Assembly: GCF_006345805.1 (NCBI RefSeq)
Contig: NC_043018.1
Coordinates: 10,292,001 to 10,356,000 of the forward strand
Source of the DNA: Octopus sinensis
Lineage: Eukaryota
Length of the DNA stretch: 64,000 nucleotides
Direction: 5' to 3'
Part shown: piece after piece, positions 36,122 through 48,595 of the stretch
How the letters are laid out: every line of letters begins with the position of its first letter
Numbering within the stretch: position 1 is the first letter of the stretch
The notes under the pieces: generated by a model
Told to the model about the DNA's origin: nothing
The model's database searches: none
Seen by the model: only the letters and a program-made list of their open reading frames with translations
Made by a program: the position numbers and the translations under genes

Positions 36122-36124
<3 letters not shown>
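35763..36124. mobile_element. Foldback/palindromic MITE
   Basis: ~170-bp arms (to 35939 and from 35949) around a 9-nt loop, with few mismatches. Confidence 0.85.
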
Positions 36125-36159
<35 letters not shown>

Positions 36160-36163
<4 letters not shown>

Positions 36164-36830
36164 ACTAGAATAAGAATAGCCTGGACAAAGTTCAGAAAGC
36201 TCCTACCTCTGCTAGTGACAAAGGGCCTCTCACTCAGAGTGGAACGTAGACTGTATGATGCACATGTGCAAACTGCCATGCTACATGGCAGTGGAACATG
36301 GGCCATGACTGTTGAGGACATACGTAGACTTGAAAGAAATGAGGCTGGATGTGTAATGCCAGTGTGCACACAACAGTGTAAGCATCCTGAGAGAAAAGTT
36401 TAAGAAGCATCAGATAAGGTTTGCAAGAGAGACAACTGTGCTGCATATGGATGAGGACTGGTGTGAAGAAGTGTCACTCCCTAATGAACGTTGGGCCTCA
36501 CAGAGGCAATGACAAGAGACCGAGACCTAATGAGATATGCTGTTTGAGAAGACCAGGCAAGTAAAGTGAGATCACAGCTGTAGCCTACACCAGTGTCACA
36601 TAACCAGTCCATTTAAAAAGCACCTTTGAATTGTCGGGTGACATGCCTTGCTTGAGGAGACCTATTAGGTTAGGTAAAATGGAAATTGTAGTTGTTGCTG
36701 ATGCCAGTGCTGTCTCACTGGCTCCCATGCTGGTGGCATGCAATAGGCACCATTCATGCATGGGTCGTTGCCAGTGCTGCCTGACTGGCTCTGCATGCTG
36801 GTGGCGTGTAAAAAGCACCATCTGAAAGTG
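36160..36830 (+). mobile_element. RTE LINE 3' fragment
   Basis: RIRIAWTKFRKLLPLLVTKGLSLRVERRLYDAHV..., followed by partial 3'UTR. Confidence 0.8.
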
Positions 36831-38264
36831 GTCAATGCCAGATGAAGAGGAGAGGCAGGTATGCATGGACAAGCTGGCAGAAACGTTAGCATGCCGGGTG
36901 AAATGCGTAGCCGTATTTCGTTACGTATTACGTTCTGAGTTCAAATTCCACTGAGGTCGACTTTGCTTTACATAATTACAGTCGATATTTATTGTATATA
37001 TGCTTGATTGCTTGATGGGGCTGGAGTCACTCCAGGTTAGTGGTCCCAAGCTAGTGGCCATCATGTGTTGAGCTGACCAGGTTTACCAGTGCTCCCCATT
37101 GTTGGTGGTCCCATACCGACCCCTCTGCATCTCTTCCATGATAACATCAAGCCTCTGGAGATTTTCCTTAATCACGTCCAGCCATTTGGTGCGGTGACTA
37201 CCATGAGGCCTCTTCCAGTCCACAGTCACTATATTGAACAAGAGTATGGACATGGTAGGATGATCTGGCTGGTGGCAGAGAACATGTCCGTATCAGTGCA
37301 TGCAGTGGATGGCTATGAGGCAGGAGGCTGCAGGTTGGTGAGTGTGTGTGTGTAGTTCTTTGTTGGAAACGTAATGGTACCATCTAATGTTCTCAGTTCT
37401 CAGGGCACCTGAGAACCATCAATCTTCCTTGCCAGGGTCTTCATGAGGGGCTATCTGGCTATGTTTCTGCTCCATAGAGAACAGAGATGAGCAACACTTG
37501 GTGCCATTTTATTCAAAAGACAAATGGAGGAATATTCAAACAGAATTCAATATACCATCATCATCATCATCGTTTAACGTCTGCTTTCCATGCTAGCATG
37601 GGTTGGACGATTCAACTGGGGTCTGGGAAGCCAGAAGGCTGCGCCAGGCCCAGTCTGATCTGGCAGTGTTTCTACAGCTGGATGCCTTTCCTAACGCCAA
37701 CGATGTGCAATATAAAGAATTAGTAATTCACCAGCAAAGTATACGATAACAATAATATATACATTAGTTTCAAATTTTGGGGTGTGGGGTAAGTCCATTA
37801 CATCAACCGCAGTACGCAACTGGTACTTATTTTATCAACCCTGAAAGGATGAAAAGATAAAGTTTGACTTTGGTAGGATTTGAACTAAGAATATAAAGAC
37901 GAACAAAATTCCACTAAACAATTTGCTTAGTGTGCTAACGCTCCTGCCAGCTCACCGCGCTATCAATTATGCATATATCGCTATGGTTCCATACAATTAT
38001 TTCAGTATTGCACAATGCACGGCCAGTGTGTTTCTATCAATAATGTATCAGTGACTTTCGACAAATTTGCAGGTCACAAGCAAGAAATAATCTTCAATAG
38101 AAATGCAAATAACAAAACTAATTGCACAGCTTTTGAAGTTATCCCATTTATTAACGATCCAATGAATTCAAGCTTCGTTCTGTTTTCCTTTAACTTGGTA
38201 ACATGTTTTCTATTAAAACATTGAAGATTCTCTTTACAAATTTTGGTCCTTAATTTCAGCTTAA

Positions 38265-38635
38265 CCATTTAGCATTTAAACTGACCATATCAGCCCTAAC
38301 TTCTCGTTTTATGTTTGAACATGCCAGATCCAGCCTTTTACATTTACCCTACAATCATCATCATCATCATCATCATCGTTTAACGTCTGCTTTCCATGCC
38401 AGCATGGGTTGGACGATTTTGACTGAGGGCTGGCGAACCAGATGGCTGCACCAGGCTCCAGTCTTGATCTGGCAGAGTTTCTACAGCTGGATGCCCTTCC
38501 TAATGCCAAGGATGCCCTCTAAAATTAAACAATCACATCATCGAAATCTCAAAAGCTATGAGATAATGCAGGATTAATTTAAAACAATGTCAATGAATAA
38601 GGATTATATTTGACGGTAATCTGAATGCTAAAGGG
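38265..38635. mobile_element. piggyBac-like MITE interrupted by an RTE 3'UTR fragment (38355-38510)
   Basis: TTAA|CCATTTAGCATT...AATGCTAAAGGG|TTAA. Confidence 0.75.
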
Positions 38636-38896
38636 TTAAACCAGCCATATTCAACCCAGATATATTTTACTTGGTTTATGTTCAAACCAACCAGTCAGCA
38701 CCAGGCTCCAATCTGATCTAGCAATGTTTCTACAGCTGTATGCCTTTCCTAACGCCAACCACTCCGAGAGTGTAGTGGGTGCTTTTTATGTGCCACTGGC
38801 GGCCCTGGCATCGATCACATTTAGATTGTGCTTCTTACATACCACCGGCACTGGGTCCAGTCAAGAGGTGTTGCCATGTAGCCAGTCAGGTAAACC

Positions 38897-39124
38897 TATT
38901 TCTTTACTACCCACAAGGGGCTAAACACAGAGAGGATAAACAAGGACAGACAAACGGATTAAGTTGATTATTTCAACCTCAGTGCGTAACTGGTACTTAT
39001 TTAATCGACCCCGAAAGGATGAAAGGCAAAGTCAACCTCGGCGGAATTTGAACTCAGAACATAACGGCAGACGAAATACCGCTAAGCATTTTGCCCGACG
39101 TGCTAACGTTTCTGCCAGCTCGCC
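38897..39124 (-). mobile_element. SINE family B
   Basis: Matches 15660-15890. Confidence 0.9.
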
Positions 39125-39344
39125 AGTCAGGCAAACCTGGCATCAACCACATTCGGATGGTGCTTTTTACATGCCATTGGCACAGGAGCCAGTTTGGGGG
39201 CATTGGCCACAGCTACAATATTGGTTTTACTTGACTCAACAGGTCTTCTCAAGCATATCATATTACACAACGTATCAGGGGTACTCTTAACTGGGCCGAT
39301 TGCTTGGTGCCTTTAGGATAAAATATGACAACAATAACCCTCGG

Positions 39345-39539
39345 TTAGTTGACTGTGGCCATGCTGAAGCACCATCTTTAGTCGAACAATTTGATCCCAG
39401 AGTTATTCGTTGTAAGCCTAGTACTTATTGTATCAGTTTCTTTTGCTGAACCACAAAGTTACGGGGACGTGAACACACCAACATCAGTTGTCAAGTGATG
39501 GGGGGGGGGGGTCAAGCACAGTCACAAACAAATACACAC

Positions 39540-39578
<39 letters not shown>

Positions 39579-39732
39579 CGATGGGCTTCTTTCAGTTTCC
39601 GTCTACCAAATCCACTCACAAGGCTTTGGTCGGCCTGAGGCTATAGTAGAAGACACTTGTCCAAGGTGCCACGCAGTGGGACTGAACCCAGACTCATGTG
39701 GTTGGTAAGCAAGCTACTTACCACGCAGCCAC
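39345..39732 (-). mobile_element. SINE family A
   Basis: Colinear with family A. Confidence 0.85.
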
Positions 39733-39957
39733 TATATATATATTTATATATAAATTAATTTCAACAACTAGGCGCAATGTAATACCATAAAGGAAAAATA
39801 AAAGGAATCATTTACAACTAAGAATGCCAAAGTACCTACATTGCTAGAAATAAGAGTTAAGAGCACAACATATTTGTGACAGGGGAGCTAACCACCCCAT
39901 GACTGTCTGGAATCAGCAGACAAAGCTTGGTTTTCCCTCTTCTGTAGACATCATCAG

Positions 39958-40343
39958 TGGAGGCGCAATGGCCCAGTGGTTAGGGCAGCGGACTCACGGT
40001 CGTAGGATCGCGGTTTCGCTTCCCAGACCAGGCGTTGTGAGTGTTTATTGAGCGAAAACACCTAAAAGCTCCTCGAGGCTCCGGCAGGGGATGGTGGTGA
40101 TCCCTGCTGTACTCTTTCACCACAACTTTCTCTCACTCTTACTTCCTGTTTCTGTTGTACCTGTATTTCAAAGGGCCGGCCTTGTCACTCTCTGTGTCAC
40201 ACTGAATATCCCCGAGAACTACGTCAAGTGTGCACGTGTCTGTGGAGTGCTCAGCCACTTACACGTTGATTTCACGAGCAGGCTGTTCCGTTGATTCGGA
40301 TCAACCGGAACCCTCATCGTCGTAACCGACGGAGTGCTTCCAC
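39958..40343 (+). mobile_element. SINE family C, tail variant 2
   Basis: tRNA head ggaggcgcaatggcccagtggttagg and a 12-bp TSD agacatcatcag at 39946-39957 and 40344-40355. Confidence 0.9.
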
Positions 40344-40469
40344 AGACATCATCAGCAGTGACTGCCCAAACGGTCGATGGATTGGTCAGCACTAGGGCTC
40401 GCAAAAAGCCAATAATTCCCAAAACCGAGTTCAAGTATAAGTAATTCTCAAAACCGGTTTTCACGTATA

Positions 40470-40727
40470 CTACTTAAGAAGAGTGGTCCCGGTGCACGCA
40501 CTCGCGCATCCGCGCTAGCTAGTCGTGACTAGTTGATCCTTAATTTGTGTTTTTGTGTTTTATCTACTTTGTTTTAAAAAAAATTATTTACTTTATGTAA
40601 AAAAATTATTTATTTTGTGTTTTATTTACTTTGCTAGGTGGTCGTTGTAGGATCGACTAGTCACGACTAGCTAGCGCGGATGCACGAGTACGCGAGTGCG
40701 CGCACCGGGATCACTCTTCTTAAATAG
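40470..40727. mobile_element. MITE with ~70-bp GC-rich TIRs, TA-flanked
   Basis: TA|ctacttaagaagagtggtcccggtgc... / ...gcaccgggatcactcttcttaaatag|TA, with an AT-rich core. Confidence 0.8.
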
Positions 40728-41106
40728 TACCCGAATTCTTTAGAGATTTCAAATCCATCTGTTACCATCTTGGGCTCTTCATTCATTTTCTTCATTGCGC
40801 TTGTGTATTCACAAATGAGTCCATTACCTTCATAAGTAGATGGGGCAACAGTAACACTTGTTTTCAGGTTTCCTCCTATTTCATTTTCTTCGTATAATTC
40901 TGTTGTGTTCTCAGCATAATGTTCAGGAAATAATCTCCAATATGTTTGTTCAGCATACTTCCTTAAATGTTGTTTCGTTAAAAAATAGAAAAGGTCCAGA
41001 AATTGACTCACCTTTAAATTTCCTTGGGTTATGTAAATACCTCAAGAGAGTCAAGGTTTCGACATTTCTTCTCTTATTATATCTATGCATAAGTCTTTCA
41101 CGAAGA

Positions 41107-41917
41107 AAAACGAGGAAAAACCCAGCGTCCACCTACTCCCTCCACAACACTAATCTCAAAAAGTCTTCGTGTGAACGTGCCCTGGGTGTTATTGTCGACA
41201 GCGATTTGCGTTGGACAAAACACATCGCTAAAATTGCCAAGAAGGCTGAAGGTGTCTTGGCATCACTCACCAAGTCCTTTGTGAGCCACTCTCTGGCTAT
41301 CTATCTGCGGCTTTATATAGCTATGGTAAGACCTCACCTGGAGTTTGCATCACCGGTCTGGAGCCGCTATCTTGCCCAAGATATCAATTATCTGGAAGCC
41401 ATTCAGCGACGTGCAACCAAAAGAATACCCTCCATCAGGCATTTGCCATATTCTGAATGCCTTATTTCCCTGGGCATGGACACATTGAAACTCCGACGTC
41501 TGGCAGCTGACTTGGCAGACACCCATAAAATTATCAACCATCTTACAAACCTTTTCAAACTCCACCCGTCTAACACCCGTGGACATATTTACAAAGTCAG
41601 AAAACAGCACAGCTCCCATGACTTTTGGAAACATTTTTTTCACTCTGAGAGTTGCTGAAGCATGGAACAAACTACTGGCATCAGTTGTTAGTTGTCGGAG
41701 CACTGCATCCTTCAAAACTTTCATGCTTCCTGAGATTCGCCAACACTACACCTGATTTTCTCTCCTCCATACACACACAAGCATGTATCTGACTCATACA
41801 TTGTTCGCTTTCCAGACATTTGTACATTACTGCATATACTCTATATGCACTTTCTGACAAGTTGTGGTGCAACTGAGCACTGTATACAATAATTTCATTA
41901 TTTTTATTATTATTATT
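41107..41917 (+). mobile_element. 5'-truncated CR1/L2-like LINE inserted in the hAT fossil
   Basis: ERALGVIVDSDLRWTKHI...LYIAMVRPHLEFASPVWS...LEAIQRRATKRI...LKLRRLAADL, an (ATT)n tail and a 4-bp duplication aaga. Confidence 0.9.
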
Positions 41918-42457
41918 AAGATTTAGAGCCAAAGGGTTGCCGACGATATTAAGTTTATTCAATAAAAATTCTGTAGAATATTCCGCTTTCAGTAAACCCG
42001 TATCATCAGCGCAAATAGCCTTCAAAATAATTTCTACTGAATGCAGAATTCCATATAGTAAATTGAGAGATTTCCATTCTTCGTCAGCGACAGCATCTGT
42101 GGAAAGTTCTGCTTGTAGAGCATTTGGAATGCAGCTTTTCAATTTCAAAAATCTCTCAATCATATGGAATGTGCTATTCCACCGAGTTCTGCAATCCAGT
42201 ATAAGTTTATATTCTCTGTTATCAAAGTTCGCTCAAACAAAATCTTGCAAAATTTCATTTTTTGTAGGAGATTTACGGAAAAGTTTTGAAATTTTTCTTA
42301 CCTTATTTAAAACTTTGTTAAATTCAGGTTTTAGTTGGGGAAAACAAGCATTTTCGTGAGCCAAATCTGTTTGACAAAGTATGTCCTGCTGGCTTATGTC
42401 AGCTTCATCATCACCATCGTCTGTTATGGCGATCACTGTCATCTGTTATGGTGATCT

Positions 42458-42868
42458 CTTACTTTTTTTTTTACTTGTTTCAGTCATGTGACTGTGGCCA
42501 TGCTGGAGCACCGCCTTTTAGTCGAGCAAATCAACCCCAGGACTTATTCTTTGTAAGCCTAGTACTTATTCTATCAGTCTCTTTTGCCGAAATGCTAAGT
42601 TACGGGGACGTAAACACACCAGCATCGGTTGTTGAGCGATGTTGGGGGGACAAACGCAGACACACAAACATATACACACACATACATATATATACATATA
42701 TACGACGGGCTTCTTTCAGTTTCCGTCTACCAAATCCACTCACAAGGCATTGGTCGACCTGAGGCTATAGTAGAAGACACTTGCCCAAGGTGCCACGCAG
42801 TGGGACTGAACCTGGAACCATGTGGTTGGTAAACAAGCTACTTACCACACAGCCACTCCTACGCCTAC
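42458..42868 (-). mobile_element. SINE family A, full length
   Basis: Colinear with family A. Confidence 0.9.
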
Positions 42869-43155
42869 TTCAAAAAATTTAGTGTTACTTCTTGGAATGA
42901 ATCTGGAACTGGTTATTACATATGCTCAACGGGGAAAGATCACCCGAGTGAAGACTAACAGCATCCCCTTGACTTTCTATGAATAAACTCAGTTACCTGC
43001 AAATTCAAAGAGTCAGCCAGGGTTAGCGAAGGAGATGACAAGGTGCTGATCTAAGGTTCAAGGTGAAAGAAGGTGAGAATTAATATGTTGCGATATGTTT
43101 CAATGAAACAGACAGCACTCTCAACTAAAGGCGACCGACAACAGTTCAGTTCAGT

Positions 43156-43395
43156 TATATTTTTATAGTTTGAAATTTTTAAGTTTTTAAAATTTTTTTA
43201 TCTAACCAAAAAGTATAAAAAAGTTAAATATAATATAATATAATAATGTATTATATTATATTTAACTTTCTATACTTTTTGGTTAGATTAAAATTTAAAA
43301 AAATTAAAAGCTTAAAAATTAAAAAAATTAAAAGCTTAAAAATTAAAAAAATTAAAAATTTTAAAACTTAAAAATTTCAAAATATAAAAATATAA
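43156..43395. repeat. AT-rich foldback palindrome with internal tandem repeats
   Basis: atctaaccaaaaagtata..aagttaaatataatataata / tattatattatatttaactt..tatactttttggttagat, plus outer arms. Confidence 0.75.
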
Positions 43396-43568
43396 AAATT
43401 TATAAATATAAATTTAAAAATTTTAAATTTTAATAATTTAAATTTTAAATTTTATATTTATATATATATATTGTATATTGTATTAATTATATTTTTTGTT
43501 TTTTATGTTTTGGTTTATGTCTATCACTGTTTGAATTGCCTAATAGTGGTTTTGTCTCTAATTTAATT

Positions 43569-43605
<37 letters not shown>

Positions 43606-43624
43606 ATATATATCTGTTGTTTTT

Positions 43625-44065
43625 TACTGTTTACTTGTTTTGGTCATTAGAATGTGGCCATGCTGGGGCACTTCCTTCAACAGATTTTAGTTGAATGACC
43701 CAACACCAGTACTTAATATATTAAGCTTGATACTTATTCTGTTAGTTTCTTTTGCTGAACTGCTAAGTTATGGAGACGTAAACATACAAAATGGTGTGTT
43801 TCTGTCCCTGTAAGCAACAAGCAAGGGGGGACACAAAGGTACACACATACATACACACACACACGCACGCATATGCACGTGCACGCACACACACATATAC
43901 ACGACATGATTCTTTCAGTTTCCATGTAGCAAATCCAGTCACAAGGCTTTGGTCAACTCGTGACTATAGTAGAAAACACTTGCCCAAGGTTCCAAGCAGT
44001 GAGACTGAACCTGGAACCATGTGGCTGGGAAGTAAACTTCTCACCACCCAACCATGCCTTCCCCT
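43625..44065 (-). mobile_element. SINE family A (diverged)
   Basis: Colinear with family A. Confidence 0.75.
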
Positions 44066-44103
44066 GCATATATATTTAAACACATGTGGATGTATATGTA
44101 TAT

Positions 44104-44337
44104 ATATTTCTTTACTGCCCACAAGGGGCTAAACATAGAGGGGACAAACAAGGACAGACAAAGGGATTAAGTCGATTACATCGACCCCAGTGCAAAACTG
44201 GTTCTTTATTTAATCGACCCTGAAAGGATGAAAGGCAAAGTCGACCTTGGCGGAATTTGAACTCAGAACGTAACGACAGACAGAATACCGCTAAGAATTT
44301 CGCCCGGTGTGCTAACGTTTCTGCCAGCTCGCCGCCT
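44104..44337 (-). mobile_element. SINE family B
   Basis: Matches 15660-15890. Confidence 0.9.
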
Positions 44338-44710
44338 TAGCCATATGTATATATGTGTATATGTATGCCTTTGTTTTGAGTGTGTGTATGTGTTTGTGTG
44401 TGTATGTGTTTGTGTGTGTATGTGTTTGTGTGTGTATGTGTTTGTGTGTGTGTGTGGGAGGGGTGCACATGTGCCTGTATTCCGGGTGTGTTAAATGTCT
44501 GTATAAAGCTATGCCAGGTTTATAATCAAAATCAAATATATCCTGTTTACTCTGTAAATAATCAAATATTGATCACTTGAGTCAGTAATGAGGTGAGATA
44601 ATGGTTAAATCTTCTCAAGGAATATCTTCAGAAAAATTTATGTCTGTTGTCTTTGATAGATAGAGGGTTCGATCCATTGAAAGCTAATCCTGTTAGCTAT
44701 ACACTGGAGT

Positions 44711-44866
44711 CTTCCTGGGTCTATCTCTACCCCAGATTCCTTCAACTGTTTGGGAATGGCACTTCTTCACACTTCTCTCCTCATCCATCAGTAGTACCTG
44801 ACCATACCAATGCAAACGTCTCCATTGCAGTTCTATATTTAAGAGACAAGGAATTATGTACATTAT
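44711..44866 (-). mobile_element. H1-RTE chimeric junction fragment
   Basis: The reverse complement is near-identical to 52190-52342. Confidence 0.8.
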
Positions 44867-45134
44867 AGTCTAATCCAATAATAGTCTAATCCAGAGTCAA
44901 TCGTATAAAGATGGGATTAATGACAGGACCATTGTGGAGTCTTGAGTGAAACTCCCTAATGAGAACAATGGCAGACGCGATAATATGCTGAACATTAGAA
45001 GTGAACAAAACTACCCCAGGCATACACATACACCTAACACTATCAAAAAATACAATAACAAGAGCCTCATATGTAGGGTGGCCACCACTGAAGAAGGAAA
45101 TGCTCTAATGTTAACAACCACACAACACATAATT

Positions 45135-45527
45135 GTTTCTACTATAGGCGCAAGAGCTGAAATTTGAGGGAGGGGGATAGTCAATTCCATCAACCCCAGT
45201 ACACAACTGGTACTTAATTTATCGATCCCGAAAGGATGAAAGGTAAAGTCAGCCTCGGCGGAATTTGAACTCAGAATATAACAGCAGATGAAATACCTAT
45301 TTCTTTACTACCCACAAGGGGCTAAACATAGAGGGGACAAACAAGGACAGACAAACAGATTAAGTCGATTACATCGACCCCAGTGCGTAACTGGTACTTA
45401 TTTAATCGACCCCAAAAGGATGAAAGGCAAAGTCGACCTCGGCAGAATTTGAACTCAGAATATAACAGCAGATGAAATACCACAAAGTGTTTCGCCCAGC
45501 ATGCTAACGTTTCTGCCAGCTCCCTGC
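45135..45527 (-). mobile_element. Two tandem B-type SINE copies
   Basis: A partial copy at about 45135-45297 and a full copy at about 45298-45527. Confidence 0.85.
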
Positions 45528-45686
45528 CTTACCCACACTACACGTAATAATGCCCAAAGTAATAGGAATTCCATGACTACTCTATGGTACAATGCTGGAT
45601 TTGGGAAACAAATAATTTCCAATATTAAGAAGCAGCTCTACACCATGATCCAGAAAATTCTTCCCCAGAATTGCTTACCAATCACA

Positions 45687-45780
45687 TGCTGCTGCTGCTG
45701 CTGTTGTTGTTGTTGTTGTTGTTGCTGCTGCTGCTGTTGTTGTTGTTGTTGTAGTTGTAGTAGTAGTAGTAGTAGTAGTA
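45687..45780. repeat. Compound (TGC)n(TGT)n(TAG)n microsatellite
   Basis: Seen directly. Confidence 0.95.
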
Positions 45781-45948
45781 GAAATACAGTGAGAAAGAGG
45801 ACATGTGAAAGACAGGATTAAAATTTGTTTCTAGGTTGTTGTTGAGCACACCAGTGCAATCGTTGGAGAAGGTTTCTGAAGATGGATCGATTTCATTTCG
45901 ACCAGGTTGTTAACCGGCTGCATAAACGATGGGTAATGACTAGTTTAA

Positions 45949-46168
45949 CCCTTTAGCATTCAAGCTGGCCATATCTGGTCCAAATACTCTACCTGTTTTA
46001 TGTTCAAACCAGCCAGATCCAGCCTCTCACACCTACCCCACAATATCAGTCTAAAAATAACCAGTCACATTATTGAAACTGCAAAGCTACGAGATAATGC
46101 AGGATTAGTTGAAAACAATGTGAACAAATAAGGATTGCATTCGATAGAGTAAATTGAATGCTAAAGGA
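45949..46168. mobile_element. piggyBac-like MITE
   Basis: TTAA|CCCTTTAGCATT...AATGCTAAAGGA|TTAA. Confidence 0.8.
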
Positions 46169-47798
46169 TTAAATTGGCCATATTAAAGCCCAAATATTCA
46201 ACCTGTTTAATGTTCAGATTAACCCGATCTGACCTCTTACGCCTACCCTACAATGTCAATCTGAAAATAAACAATCAGGTTGCATTTGACAGAGTGATCT
46301 GAATGCTAAAGGGTCAAAGTGAATTGAACTATCGAATGGTTCTTCCCACATTGTCATTGCTTCAGTTACAACACACAGTCTCAGAATAAGGCACTTGCTA
46401 CACAAGCACAGCTCTAAAAATTGTTATATTTATGATCTCAGTGCCAACATCGCCATTTCTATATAAACCAGAACTATAGTTCCCAAAATACAATTCCTCA
46501 CCTTCATTATCCTATTTATAGGAGTTTCAAGTCTTGGCACAGGACCAGCAGTTTTTGAGGGGAGGGGGAAGTGGATTGCATTGATCTCAGTGAAAGTAAA
46601 GATGAAAGTAAAGATGTAAAGATGGACAAAATGTTTATATCACATGACTATAATAGGGGGGGTCACATGACTATAGTAGGGAGTCACATGACTATAGTAT
46701 ATCACATAATTTTTTTTCTTCAACAGATCATTAAAATTCTGCTAAATTGCTATTAAACCCACCTTTTTCTCATAATTTCAGTATTCAAAATAAAAAACAC
46801 AACTTTATACTGAGTGTATGTGTGTATGTGTGTGTGTGTGTGTGCATCAGTTGCGGAGACAGGTTCCAAAGTTAGGGGAAGCAAGCACATAAAAAAGACA
46901 CAATGACAGATCATTATCCTTATCATCATCATCCTTTAACATCTGTTTTCCCTGCTGGCATGGGTTGGGCAGTTTGACCAGAGAGCTGCACCAGGTTCCA
47001 GTCGGATTTGGCATGGTTTCTATGGCCGGATGTTCTTCCAAATCTCAACCACTTTACAGTGTGTGCTGGATGCTTTTTATGTGACACTGGCATGGGTGCC
47101 ATTCCATGGTGCTGGCACAGGTGCATTCTATGCGGCATCGGCACGAGTGCTTTTTATGTGGCACCACCACAGGACTTTTGCAGGAGGAGCAGTATTTACA
47201 CTCCTACTGTGGAGGACGGGTCTTTTTGAATACAGTAAGGCACCAGATATCTCAGTCCCTTGTCATCTTCTGAGACTGCCCTTCAGTACTTCAGCCCATG
47301 CCTTCCTGGGTCTCCCTCTTCCACGAGTTCCATCCACTTTGAGTGATCAACACTTCCTTATATGGCTGTCTACGTCTATCTGCATCACAAGACCAAACCA
47401 GCGCAGTTTCCTCTCTCTTGCACATCTTATTCTTCTCGTCCCCAACTTTTCTCTCAACATACTAAAGCCCTGTTGCACATGCACACTTACGCTGCGCATC
47501 CAGTCAAGTATACACACCAAATAATTATTAACTCATTCCTCTAATATTACATGAAATATTCCATTAGTTGTAATAAACTTAATTGCATTCTACATTAATT
47601 TCATGTCTCATTAACAATCTCATTATGTATGAAGCTTACAACTACTGATAGAGTTGCGAGCATATACGAAGAAAAAAAAGGCACCATGACAGTTTCTAAT
47701 TAATTTTTCCTATATTACATGAATTATTCCATTTGCTGTAATATCATCATCATCGTCGTCATCATCATTGTCATCATCATCATCATTAGAATCATTTA

Positions 47799-47963
47799 GG
47801 TGCAGGAGTGACTGTGTGGTAAGTAGCTTGCTTACCAACCACATTGTTCAGGGTTCAGTCCCACTGCGTGGCACCTTGGGCAAGTGTCTTCTACTATAGC
47901 CTTGGTCTGACCAAAGCCTTGTGAGTGGATTTGGTAGAGGGAAACTGAAAGAAGCCTGTCATA

Positions 47964-48003
<40 letters not shown>

Positions 48004-48215
48004 GTGCGTGTATGTTTGTGTGTCTGTGTTTGTCCCCCTAGCATTGCTCGACAACCGATGCTGGTGTGTTTACGTCCCCATAACTTTGCGATTCAGCAAC
48101 AGAGACTGATATAAGCACTAGGCTTACAAAGAATAAGTCCTGGGGTCGATTTCTTCGACTAAAGGCAGTGCTCCAGCATGGCCACAGTCAAACGACTGAA
48201 ACAAGTAAAAGAGCA
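47799..48215 (+). mobile_element. SINE family A
   Basis: Colinear with family A. Confidence 0.85.
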
Positions 48216-48595
48216 AAGGAGTCCATTTTCCATGCTGCCATGATTTGGCTGGTTTGGACTGGAACTGGTAAGCCAGAGAGCTGCCCCAGGATCCCGTCTG
48301 ATTTTGGTTGGGTTTCTACAGCTGCATGGCCTTCCTAATGCCAACCACTCCTTTATAAATATCAAAAAGAAAAAAAAGAAAAAGAGATTTTAATTTCTAT
48401 AACCATGAGATTCTTCATTCTCGTTAACCCTTCACCTCTTCAAAACCATATTCCAGATGAACCACATTGCCTATGTGTTTACTCATTTATTTACTAATCA
48501 ATATCTTTAATCTTTCATCTCTTACTCATTTCAGTCATTAGACTGGGGCCATGCTGGGGCACTGACTTGAATTTTGAATTGAATGAATTCGGGCC

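Larger units (their letters stand above)
40350..42442 (-). pseudogene. hAT-superfamily transposase fossil
   Basis: KVRKISKLFRKSPTKNEILQ...YKLILDCRTRWNSTFHMIERFLKLK...DEEWKSL...LALNL|RERL..KRRNVETLTLLRYLHNP. It has an in-frame stop, a T-run frameshift and two insertions. Confidence 0.85.

Noticed and set aside
39958-40030. tRNA gene candidates (also the heads of families A, B and D)
   Set aside because: They are SINE heads, continuing into SINE bodies with TSDs and lacking a complete cloverleaf.
40962-41011. Apparent 50-nt intron in the hAT fossil (AAAG|GTGAGT...TTTAAG|)
   Set aside because: Splicing leads to an early stop, whereas a one-base frameshift in the T run restores a continuous transposase-like frame.
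45501-45821. Poly-Cys/poly-Ser ORF
   Set aside because: Compound trinucleotide microsatellite with no splice or start context.
45871-45915. CTGAAGA with a tggatcga/tcgacca stem
   Set aside because: The GAAA core is absent. It may be a relic but is unsupported.
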